From positions 66,972 to 130,971 of the forward strand of contig JAYZAS010000006.1 of NCBI GenBank assembly GCA_036339585.1: a stretch of 64,000 bases of DNA, in the 5' to 3' direction. Shown here piece by piece: positions 54,215 to 62,157 of this stretch (position 1 is the stretch's first letter; each line of letters starts with the position of its first letter). The notes under the pieces were generated by a model. The model saw only the letters and a program-made list of their open reading frames with translations, was not told the origin of the DNA and made no database searches. The translations under genes and the position numbers were made by a program. Source of the stretch: Pseudomonadota bacterium. GTDB lineage: Bacteria; Pseudomonadota; Alphaproteobacteria; UBA8366.

Positions 54215-54859
54215 TTATGCAGTCCCCTCAGGATCCTTGGTGTCAGATTTTTCGTCCCCCGGCAAATCTGGGGTCATACCTTCCCATGGGCTCAAGAAGT
54301 CAAAATTGCGAAAATCTTGTGTGAGTTTTACTGGCTCGTAAACCACTCGTCGCTCCTCATCATCGTAGCGAACTTCCACGTACCCCGTTAATGGAAAGTC
54401 CTTTCGAAGAGGGTGCCCGTCAAACCCGTAATCAGTAAGTATCCGACGCAAATCTGGATGGTCTTTGAAAAATATTCCGTATAAGTCCCAAACTTCACGT
54501 TCATACCAGCCCGCAGCAGGAAATATGCCAGAAATCGTTGGCACCCAATCTTCCTCATCCACGGTGACTTTGACTTTTATTCTAAGATTATGTTTTAGCG
54601 ATAACAGATTATAAACGACATCAAACCTTGGCTCACGAAGAGGAAAATCAACGCCACATATATCCACGAGAACTTGGAATAAACAGGAAGTATCTGTTTT
54701 CAAAACTCGCAATACCTTAACCAATTGGGAAGCTTCTACGTGTATCGTTAACTCACCGTTTGCAACACCCCGAGTTTTGATATCCGAGGGGCAAAGATGA
54801 ACCAAATGCTCCTGAAGCTCCAGTAATGTCTGGCTTTTTTCATCCATTGTACGAGACAA
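54215..54859 (-). CDS. nuoC: NADH-quinone oxidoreductase subunit C
   Basis: 214 aa with ERE(V)WDLYGIFF and HPLRKDFPL. It is separate from nuoD, not fused. Confidence 0.94.
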   Translation of the reverse strand: MSRTMDEKSQTLLELQEHLVHLCPSDIKTRGVANGELTIHVEASQLVKVLRVLKTDTSCLFQVLVDICGVDFPLREPRFDVVYNLLSLKHNLRIKVKVTVDEEDWVPTISGIFPAAGWYEREVWDLYGIFFKDHPDLRRILTDYGFDGHPLRKDFPLTGYVEVRYDDEERRVVYEPVKLTQDFRNFDFLSPWEGMTPDLPGDEKSDTKDPEGTA

Positions 54860-54890
54860 CTATCATTGTTTGTAACTTGGTCCGGAACGC

Positions 54891-55430
54891 TCAACGAGCT
54901 ATCGTTCCGGTCCTACGAATTTTCTTTTGTAATTGCAAAATCCCATAAACCAACGCTTCGGCAGTAGGTGGGCACCCAGGCACGTAAATATCAACTGGTA
55001 CGATACGATCGCACCCGCGCACCACCGAGTATGAGTAATGATAATAACCCCCTCCATTCGCGCAGCTTCCCATAGAAATTACCCACCGAGGTTCGGCCAT
55101 TTGGTCATATACCTTGCGCAAAGCCGGAGCCATTTTATTTGTGAGTGTGCCGGCCACGATCATAACATCGGACTGGCGTGGAGAACCTCGTGGAACCACT
55201 CCAAATCTGTCAAGGTCGTAACGAGGCATGTAGGCGTGCATCATTTCAACCGCACAACAAGCAAGACCAAACGTCATTGGCCACAGTGATCCCGTACGAG
55301 CCCAGTTGACTAACTTGTCGAAGTTAGCAACAACAAAACCCTTATCAGTCAACTCTTCTGTAACGGCAGTCAAAACTCCGTTGGGGCCATCAGTTGACGG
55401 TTGTATATTGTTGTCAAGCCCTACTCCCAT
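54891..55430 (-). CDS. nuoB: NADH-quinone oxidoreductase subunit B
   Basis: [20 protein letters not shown] and YVPGCPP. ATG 55430 is chosen (10 nt overlap with nuoA); the track ORF reaches 55502. Confidence 0.93.
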   Translation of the reverse strand: MGVGLDNNIQPSTDGPNGVLTAVTEELTDKGFVVANFDKLVNWARTGSLWPMTFGLACCAVEMMHAYMPRYDLDRFGVVPRGSPRQSDVMIVAGTLTNKMAPALRKVYDQMAEPRWVISMGSCANGGGYYHYSYSVVRGCDRIVPVDIYVPGCPPTAEALVYGILQLQKKIRRTGTIAR

Positions 55431-55786
55431 TCTAAAGCCCCTTTGCGCCATTCGTAGATAAAACCGACAGTCAAAATTCCTAAAAATAGAATCATAGACC
55501 AAAACCCAAAAACGCCAATATCACCGAGTGCAACAGCCCATGGGAATAAAAAAGCGACTTCCAAATCGAAAATAATAAAAAGTATCGCAACCAGATAAAA
55601 CCGAACGTCAAACTGACTTCGGGCATCATCGAATGCCTCAAAACCACATTCGTAGGCCGAAAGTTTTTCAGAGTCAGGCTTTTGACGAGCGACTATGAAA
55701 CTTGCGAGCAGCATAGCTCCAGCCATGCCTATAGCGATCGCTAAAAATATTACAATCGGAACGTATTCTTTCAATAACTCCGTCAT
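55421..55786 (-). CDS. nuoA: NADH-quinone oxidoreductase subunit A
   Basis: YECGFEAF...[28 protein letters not shown] 55786 gives 121 aa; the track ORF reaches 55822. Confidence 0.93.
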   Translation of the reverse strand: MTELLKEYVPIVIFLAIAIGMAGAMLLASFIVARQKPDSEKLSAYECGFEAFDDARSQFDVRFYLVAILFIIFDLEVAFLFPWAVALGDIGVFGFWSMILFLGILTVGFIYEWRKGALEWE

Positions 55787-56199
55787 TTCCAACCTTGCCA
55801 AAAAGCGGATACAACTCCGCAATAAAGAAACGACATTGGACGAACTTCCGTCCTACTTTCGCTGCAATATAGTGAGAGAAAGCGCTGGCGCAAGTGCGTA
55901 TAACAGCACTCAGCAAGGTAGAACGTAAGCCACTGATTCCTATAAGTTTTTTTAAGCATCAAAACAAGAGCACCAAAGCCAAGCTACCCTAAATGGGCTT
56001 TTAGACGTTTAAACCATTTTACCGAGGACTCCAAAGCAATTATGCAGCACGCCATCTGCGACCCTATTAATCACAATTGTGCAAAGTACAGTTAGAGGTT
56101 TTTCATACCAGACGCGCCATTTAGATTGGATTTTTACAGTCCTAAAATATATATGGGGCGTGAAGGACCTAACCTCAACTCATTTCAGGAGAAATTTAA

Positions 56200-56679
56200 A
56201 TGCAACTATTGCGGCTTGCGTTACTCGCTCTTTTATTGGTTCTACAAACAAATCAAGTCCGTGCCGCTGATGATCCTCTTAGCGAAGAGCAGCTAAAGAG
56301 AAAAGCGTTGCAGGACCTTTCTGCTGCAAAAAAACAAATCAAAGCAAAAAAGTATGATTACGCCGTGTATTTCCTCAAAGAAGCACTCGACGCCGATAAG
56401 AAAAATGCAGACATTTATTATAATCTTGGGTTTGCCTATAGAAAGATGAAGAAATTTGACAAATCAATGGCCGCCTACAATAAGGCCCTTAAAATTAACC
56501 CAAAACATAAAGGGGCCTTGGATTATCAAGGCGAATTGTTTTTAACTTTGAAGAAACCAGCTGAAGCCCAAAAGAATTGGAAAAAATTACAAAAATTATG
56601 CCCAAGAGGTTGTCCTGATTTCACGAAGTTGCAAAAAGCAATCACCAGCTATAACTCCGGCACATACGGAGGCTATTAA
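56200..56679 (+). CDS. secreted tetratricopeptide-repeat protein
   Basis: 159 aa. Signal peptide MQLLRLALLALLLVLQTNQVRA, then TPR-like repeats (YNLGFAYRKMKKFDKSMAAYNKALKINP) and a C-terminal CPRGCP. Confidence 0.7.
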   Translation: MQLLRLALLALLLVLQTNQVRAADDPLSEEQLKRKALQDLSAAKKQIKAKKYDYAVYFLKEALDADKKNADIYYNLGFAYRKMKKFDKSMAAYNKALKINPKHKGALDYQGELFLTLKKPAEAQKNWKKLQKLCPRGCPDFTKLQKAITSYNSGTYGGY

Positions 56680-56786
56680 AAACAAAAGAGGAAGTTTCCC
56701 TTCAAAAATAGTACGCAACACTCTTTTTGGTTAGAATATTGATTATGTTACAACACATACTGTTATCGAATTAGCAGGGAAGCTTC

Positions 56787-57506
56787 ATGCCGCACCCACT
56801 CAGAATAGCACACTGCTCCGATCTGCATTTAGATGGAGACGGGTATTCACCAGACAATCAAAGTCCTAGTGCCTTATTTGTAAAAACTCTTCAACAAATT
56901 AAGAAATCCGATCCACACCTTCTCTTAATCGCCGGGGATCTTTTCGATAGCAATCGAGCGGATGATAGCATTGTGCTTTGGGCGATGCGTGTACTAGAAA
57001 GTTTGCCATTCAAAGTGTTTGTCATACCCGGTAATCACGACTGTATGCAACCAAATGGTGTTTTTGAACGGCATGACTTTAATGCTATCGAAAACGTCGT
57101 AATGCTAGCTAACCCAAATGGAGAAGTAGTTTGGGCCGAAGACCATGGCGTAGCAATTTGGGGAAAAGCAATGGTATCTCATACGCCCGAATATCGCCCG
57201 CTCAGTAATTGTCCAACACGCCCCGAGGGTTGTGATTGGTATCTTGGGATGGGGCATGGATTATTTGTTGGAAATGAAAAAGATAGCGAGCGATCATCTC
57301 CTATCACATTGCAAGAAGTCGAAGAGAGCCCATGCGACTATGTCGCCCTCGGTCATCATCATGCTGCAATGGAAATAGTTACAGATATAAAAACAGCAGC
57401 TTACTCTGGCTCACCGACTGATAACATAGGTAAAGGCCACACCTTCGCAGTGGTAAAACTTATTAAAGGCGTAGCGCCAGCATTGAATATCCTGACATTA
57501 GAGTAA
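56787..57506 (+). CDS. metallophosphoesterase family protein (calcineurin-like)
   Basis: 239 aa with the ordered MPE motifs DLHLD, GDLFD, GNHD and GHHH. Confidence 0.75.
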   Translation: MPHPLRIAHCSDLHLDGDGYSPDNQSPSALFVKTLQQIKKSDPHLLLIAGDLFDSNRADDSIVLWAMRVLESLPFKVFVIPGNHDCMQPNGVFERHDFNAIENVVMLANPNGEVVWAEDHGVAIWGKAMVSHTPEYRPLSNCPTRPEGCDWYLGMGHGLFVGNEKDSERSSPITLQEVEESPCDYVALGHHHAAMEIVTDIKTAAYSGSPTDNIGKGHTFAVVKLIKGVAPALNILTLE

Positions 57507-57509
57507 AAC

Positions 57510-57974
57510 TTACTTTCCCAAATTTTTACGGAAGTAAGTGGTTTCATTCACTGCGTTTCTATAGCCGAGTTGGTGATAAAAAGTGTGTGTGCCCCCCTCT
57601 GCTCGGTGTGTCGCGCTGGTGACTTCCACTAATGAACATCCATCAGACATTGCCAGCTTTTCGACGTGGCTGATCATTTTACTCCCTACTCCCTTACCGC
57701 GCCATTGCTCATCAATAACCAACGTAGTAATTCGAGAAACAGGCTTGATAACGTGAGGCCAGTGGAGAATTTGTAGGCTGATAAAACCAACAACCTGTGT
57801 GTCCATCTCAGCTACTATCATGTGGGTTCCGGGCATTCTTGCCAGCATGCTAGTTTTTTTTTGAATCTCTGTCCTATTTAATTCATAGCCCAGTTGAAGA
57901 AAGAGTTTCTCCAGAGCTGATGCATCATTGGAGGTAGGTGGCCTGAGAGTTATGTCCATATGTTCAAAGTCCAT
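57510..57974 (-). CDS. GNAT family N-acetyltransferase
   Basis: 154 aa with acetyl-CoA binding motif A, VIDEQWRGKGVGSKMI. It converges on the MPE gene with a 3 bp gap. Confidence 0.8.
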   Translation of the reverse strand: MDFEHMDITLRPPTSNDASALEKLFLQLGYELNRTEIQKKTSMLARMPGTHMIVAEMDTQVVGFISLQILHWPHVIKPVSRITTLVIDEQWRGKGVGSKMISHVEKLAMSDGCSLVEVTSATHRAEGGTHTFYHQLGYRNAVNETTYFRKNLGK

Positions 57975-58072
57975 TACTCAACGTTGGTCTACGTATATTT
58001 TTCAGCCGATATTTTTCATCCACCCGGTCAACCCGTTTATCGTGTTTTGATGATAGCGCCGGTTGGTCTGTT

Positions 58073-58417
58073 TCAACATTCAGCAAACACCCAATGGTTG
58101 TCAGGCACCTCAATTTCCATGCACAGCAATATTGAAGCTCTCGATTTACCGTGCGTGTCTACCGCAAGGGAATCATTAACTCCACCCTCGAGTGCTTCGT
58201 CTAATATAAAGTTAAAAGCCTTGAGCGATGGAAGGTCAAACCGCTTTACATCTCCTTTAACGATATGACCAAAATAATCTTTGACTGCCTCTTCCGTCAC
58301 TTGCTCAGACAATAAATCATAATCCTCATCGCGATAAGGAATGAGTCCGATATTGGATCGATTGCCTTTATCACCGGCACGCCCGTGCGCTATTTTATGA
58401 AGCTGTAATCTTGCCAT
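58073..58417 (-). CDS. DUF4387-like small protein (partner of AtuA-like proteins)
   Basis: 114 aa with LHKIAHGRAGDKGNRSNIGLIPY, as I recall for the family that follows DUF1446 genes. Its start shares one base with the upstream stop (TAATG). Confidence 0.6.
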   Translation of the reverse strand: MARLQLHKIAHGRAGDKGNRSNIGLIPYRDEDYDLLSEQVTEEAVKDYFGHIVKGDVKRFDLPSLKAFNFILDEALEGGVNDSLAVDTHGKSRASILLCMEIEVPDNHWVFAEC

Positions 58418-59748
58418 TATTGCACCATCTGAAAATTAGGTTGGATCTTTTCCCGAGGCAGATAGGTAGCATAAGTACGAATAGTTCTTCGTAACGATTG
58501 CGTTTTTCCGCCGCCACCAGCAGGGCCATTAGTTGCTAATGTTTCAGCCTCTGCCAAAGCCGCCTGAGCACTCTCCTTATCAGGCGCCCGCACACAAAAC
58601 CTCAGCCGGGCATCAAGCATTTCTTCGTTAGGCTCTCCAAACGAGAAGACACTATTTACCCCAATGATATCCACTCGCAATGGCAAATTCGATACTGCCT
58701 TATCGCGCCGCAGACGTTTAGTGACAACTTCGCCTGCGAGTTTAGCGCGCCCAGCAGCATTCCATCCACCGTAAGAAATTTCTGCAACTCCGAGCCATCC
58801 ATTATCAACGCCGCATAGAACTTTAAGTTGATCTGGACGTTTCCGTCCTCGGACGCCCGACAGCCGAACACGATCCTTACCTAAGTCTTCTGCCTCAACT
58901 TCGTTAATATCCATAACAACGTCTGGGGTACGGTAATCACCAGGGTCGCCAAGCTCATAAAGGAGTTGCTGTCGAACCACATGCCGATCAACAAGCCCTC
59001 CAGACCCGTGTGTCTTCGTGATTATGACACCCTCATCGCTAACTTCTGCTATCGGAAACCCTAGGCGATCAAGGTCGGGGACTACTCGTTTCCCGCCGTC
59101 TGCATAATTTCCTCCTGTCGCGTGCCCTGCGCACTCAAGCATATGACCGGTCATGGTTCCTAAGGCTAATTTATCATAGTCTTCCGGACCCCAGCCAAAA
59201 TGGTGAGCTAAGGGGGCAACGGCTAATGCTGGATCAGCAACTCGGCCCGCAAGGACAACATCGGCACCCTGGTCAAGGGCATCTTTCATTTCGAATGCTC
59301 CGATATACGCGTTGGCACAAATCAAAGGTGTGCCAAGGTTTGAAAGCTTTTGTCCGGTTTCTGCCAAAACCGGATCTAATTCTCTTACCATCTCAGTAAC
59401 ATCATCACCCGTAATCGCAGCAACCTTCAAGTTGTTTAAACCATGCTCTTTGGCAACGTCGCAAACTAACTTCGCAGCACCAATCGGATCAGCCCCACCA
59501 AGATTTGTAACTATTCGGACTTTTTTCTCTACAGCAGTCGGCAGAAGTGTTTCCATTCGATGCCGTAAATTAGCTACGTGTCCGGGCTTACCTGAACGCT
59601 TAGCTTCCTGAAGAAGTGCGAGCGTACGCTCAGCAAGGTGCTCCAGCATGAGAAAATCAACATTAGAATTTTCAAGAATATCCAACGCAGGCTCCAACCT
59701 ATCATCGAGGAATCCCGCACCACCCCCAATTTTAATGCTCTCAGTCAT
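58417..59748 (-). CDS. acyclic terpene utilisation AtuA-like protein (DUF1446)
   Basis: 443 aa with an IGGGAGFLDDRLEPA N-terminus and LAERTLAL, NLGGANP-like and NAYIGA segments, consistent with my recollection of DUF1446. AAGGAG lies 7 nt upstream of the ATG. Confidence 0.7.
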   Translation of the reverse strand: MTESIKIGGGAGFLDDRLEPALDILENSNVDFLMLEHLAERTLALLQEAKRSGKPGHVANLRHRMETLLPTAVEKKVRIVTNLGGADPIGAAKLVCDVAKEHGLNNLKVAAITGDDVTEMVRELDPVLAETGQKLSNLGTPLICANAYIGAFEMKDALDQGADVVLAGRVADPALAVAPLAHHFGWGPEDYDKLALGTMTGHMLECAGHATGGNYADGGKRVVPDLDRLGFPIAEVSDEGVIITKTHGSGGLVDRHVVRQQLLYELGDPGDYRTPDVVMDINEVEAEDLGKDRVRLSGVRGRKRPDQLKVLCGVDNGWLGVAEISYGGWNAAGRAKLAGEVVTKRLRRDKAVSNLPLRVDIIGVNSVFSFGEPNEEMLDARLRFCVRAPDKESAQAALAEAETLATNGPAGGGGKTQSLRRTIRTYATYLPREKIQPNFQMVQ

Positions 59749-59893
59749 TGCTTACTTCTCCTTACAACCAACGGGCCACCCGATTTGCGTAGCAAAATAA
59801 ATTTCTCAATTTACACTACAAACTCCTTGAGCGATTGAACAGTTCAAGCGTTTGATTTTTGCGACCTAACCATCATATGCCTAGAAACGTCCG

Positions 59894-60847
59894 TCAAGGT
59901 ACATTGGCTGTCGGCAATCCCCACAAACGCTCAGCATTCCGGTGCGCAACCGCGTGAGCTACAGCAGAAGGCAGGCTTTGCAATACTTTTTGCCAGATAT
60001 GAGCTTGTTTTATATAAAACCAACCCCAATCCTCTTGCCAAACATTATCAAAAGCGAGGATGAATCTATCTGGATATTGAAGAACCAATTTACGCCAGGC
60101 TGGAATCAAACCGTTAGCACCGACCATTTCGGTCCATGGTTGACTCTTTTGTTTTATACCGTACCAATTTGCACGAGATGTGATTAGATGCAAATTATGA
60201 TGATTTTCCAGCAGTCTCCCAGCCTCATTTGCTCGTAGCTGACCAAGATGCATCAATGCAACAGGATATCTATCCTGGCCTTGAAGAAATTCTTCAAATT
60301 GATTCATAAATGATGATCTCTGTAATGTATCACCTGGCACCGACTGAAATTCAATGTGCAAAACAATAGGCCATCCTTTGGACCGAGCAGCAGAGATTGC
60401 AGCAGCCGCCTGGGGCTCTGCAAAATCCATGTCTATTTCAGGGGCATCTCCTTTTCGTTTTTCAGCATGGTAGATCATAATTTCGGCCATAGCACCAAAG
60501 GTTGGATCCTGAAGCTGCTTGTTAAGACGCCGATAATATCTCGGCGAATTATCGCGATAAATGCCACCTTTTGTTCTTATGGATGCTGTGATCCGTTCAG
60601 GATTGGCCACTGCAAGACTGCTAATTTTTCGCCAACTTAAACCGCGACGTGCAGACAACAATGTACGGGAAACACCAGCCTTCTTCATCAGGGGAATAAT
60701 GTCATCCAGATCTAAATATTTGCTTGCTTGGCTATGCGCATCAATCATTGGAATCCTTGTAGTGGCGTTTTCCAATGAGGTAGTTGTAACGCAGCCTCCA
60801 ACAAATAAGAGAATGAAAACGCCACATAATCTTGCAAAATTTGACAA
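59894..60847 (-). CDS. amidohydrolase-like TIM-barrel lipoprotein (tentative)
   Basis: 317 aa. Lipobox LLFVGG-C, then IDAHSQ near the N-terminus, HIE, MHLG and AFDNVW, spaced like metal-dependent hydrolase (amidohydrolase-2 type) strands. Assigned by resemblance only. Confidence 0.45.
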   Translation of the reverse strand: MSNFARLCGVFILLFVGGCVTTTSLENATTRIPMIDAHSQASKYLDLDDIIPLMKKAGVSRTLLSARRGLSWRKISSLAVANPERITASIRTKGGIYRDNSPRYYRRLNKQLQDPTFGAMAEIMIYHAEKRKGDAPEIDMDFAEPQAAAAISAARSKGWPIVLHIEFQSVPGDTLQRSSFMNQFEEFLQGQDRYPVALMHLGQLRANEAGRLLENHHNLHLITSRANWYGIKQKSQPWTEMVGANGLIPAWRKLVLQYPDRFILAFDNVWQEDWGWFYIKQAHIWQKVLQSLPSAVAHAVAHRNAERLWGLPTANVP

Positions 60848-61149
60848 TCGTATTCCTCCAACTTCTCAAACTGTAGCCAACGGAACTGATAATAAGATGG
60901 TTCATCAATAATGAGTATTGCTCTTTAATCCAAAACGTTTGAAATAGATCTAATCAGATTATCGGAAATTCGAACAAATAAAAAATACCGAGAAAATCGT
61001 GGAATGCGAAGATAGTAGTATTTTTGAAGATCAACGGACCAGCTTGGCCATGCATTAGCAGTGCTTGTTTATTATTTGGAAAACCATAAATACAAGGTTA
61101 TACGTCCCCATCTTAGAATTAGTTAACAGAATTTTATATCCGCCAGATC

Positions 61150-62157
61150 ATGCCAAAACCTCAGTCATGGCTTAAGGTTACACCACACGGATTATTCTGC
61201 ATGCCGGGTGATTTTTATTTGGACCCCATAAAAGCAGTACCGAAGGCAATAGTTACTCACGGCCACGCCGATCACGCCCGTCCGGGTCATGAGGCGGTAA
61301 TTGCGACACCCGAGACGATCGAAATAGCCAAAATGCGCATGGGTAACAATACATGGCAAAAAACAGAAGCACTCCAATACGGAAGAAGCCTTAGGTTTAA
61401 CGGTGTGAATATTTCTTTAGAGCCGGCAGGACACGTTATCGGAAGTGCCCAGGTAGTGCTTACTTACGGAGGTTCCAAGGTTGTTGTATCAGGTGATTAT
61501 AAACGCCGGCAAGATCCGACCTGCCTCCCCTTCAAGGTTGTTCAGTGTGATACTTTTATTACCGAAGCAACATTTGCCCTTCCGGTATTCCGCCACCCTG
61601 ACGATCACACTGAGATTAAAAAATTACTTGCATCATTGGAACGGAACCCTGATCGTACTCATTTGATAGGGGCCTACGCACTTGGCAAAGCACAACGTGT
61701 GATCGCTTTGTTACGAAAAGCAGGGTATCAGAGCCCAATATTTTTGCACGGCGCAATAAAGAAAGTTTGTAATCTGTATAAGCAACTCGGAGTTCCGCTC
61801 GGTGAATTGAAAAGTGTTTCGCACTCAAACAAAAAAGACCTTATAGGGCAGATTGTTATTGCACCACCAAGCGCCACTAGGGATCGTTGGTCTCGAAGAT
61901 TTACTAATCCCATAGTTTGCTTTGCATCCGGCTGGATGCAAATTAGACAGAGAGCTCGGCAACGCGGTGTTGAACTTCCACTTATAATTTCTGACCATGC
62001 AGACTGGGATGAGTTGACACAAACCTTAGTAGAAGTTGAAGCACCGGATATTTGGGTAACGCACGGGCGTGAGGAAGCACTAATTCACTACGCTGAAACG
62101 AAAGGAATTAGAGCAAGGGCACTATCCATGATAGGCTACGAAGAGCAGAACGAATGA
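61150..62157 (+). CDS. ligase-associated DNA damage response exonuclease (metallo-beta-lactamase fold)
   Basis: 335 aa with the THGHADH motif and a beta-CASP-like C-terminus (SDHAD, VTHG). ATGA overlap with the downstream ATP-dependent ligase. Confidence 0.8.
   Translation: MPKPQSWLKVTPHGLFCMPGDFYLDPIKAVPKAIVTHGHADHARPGHEAVIATPETIEIAKMRMGNNTWQKTEALQYGRSLRFNGVNISLEPAGHVIGSAQVVLTYGGSKVVVSGDYKRRQDPTCLPFKVVQCDTFITEATFALPVFRHPDDHTEIKKLLASLERNPDRTHLIGAYALGKAQRVIALLRKAGYQSPIFLHGAIKKVCNLYKQLGVPLGELKSVSHSNKKDLIGQIVIAPPSATRDRWSRRFTNPIVCFASGWMQIRQRARQRGVELPLIISDHADWDELTQTLVEVEAPDIWVTHGREEALIHYAETKGIRARALSMIGYEEQNE

Noticed and set aside
56787-57506. The metallophosphoesterase as the missing PdeM partner of the ligase system
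   Set aside because: It lies 3.6 kb away and is separated from the ligase pair by four unrelated minus-strand genes. Its motif pattern and length resemble generic SbcD/YfcE-like phosphoesterases rather than my recollection of PdeM.
57510-57974. The GNAT as the toxin of a GNAT/RHH (TacT/AtaT-like) toxin-antitoxin pair
   Set aside because: No small antitoxin ORF lies upstream. The 98 bp spacer is non-coding and the next gene is the DUF4387-like protein. The sequence looks like a generic housekeeping acetyltransferase.
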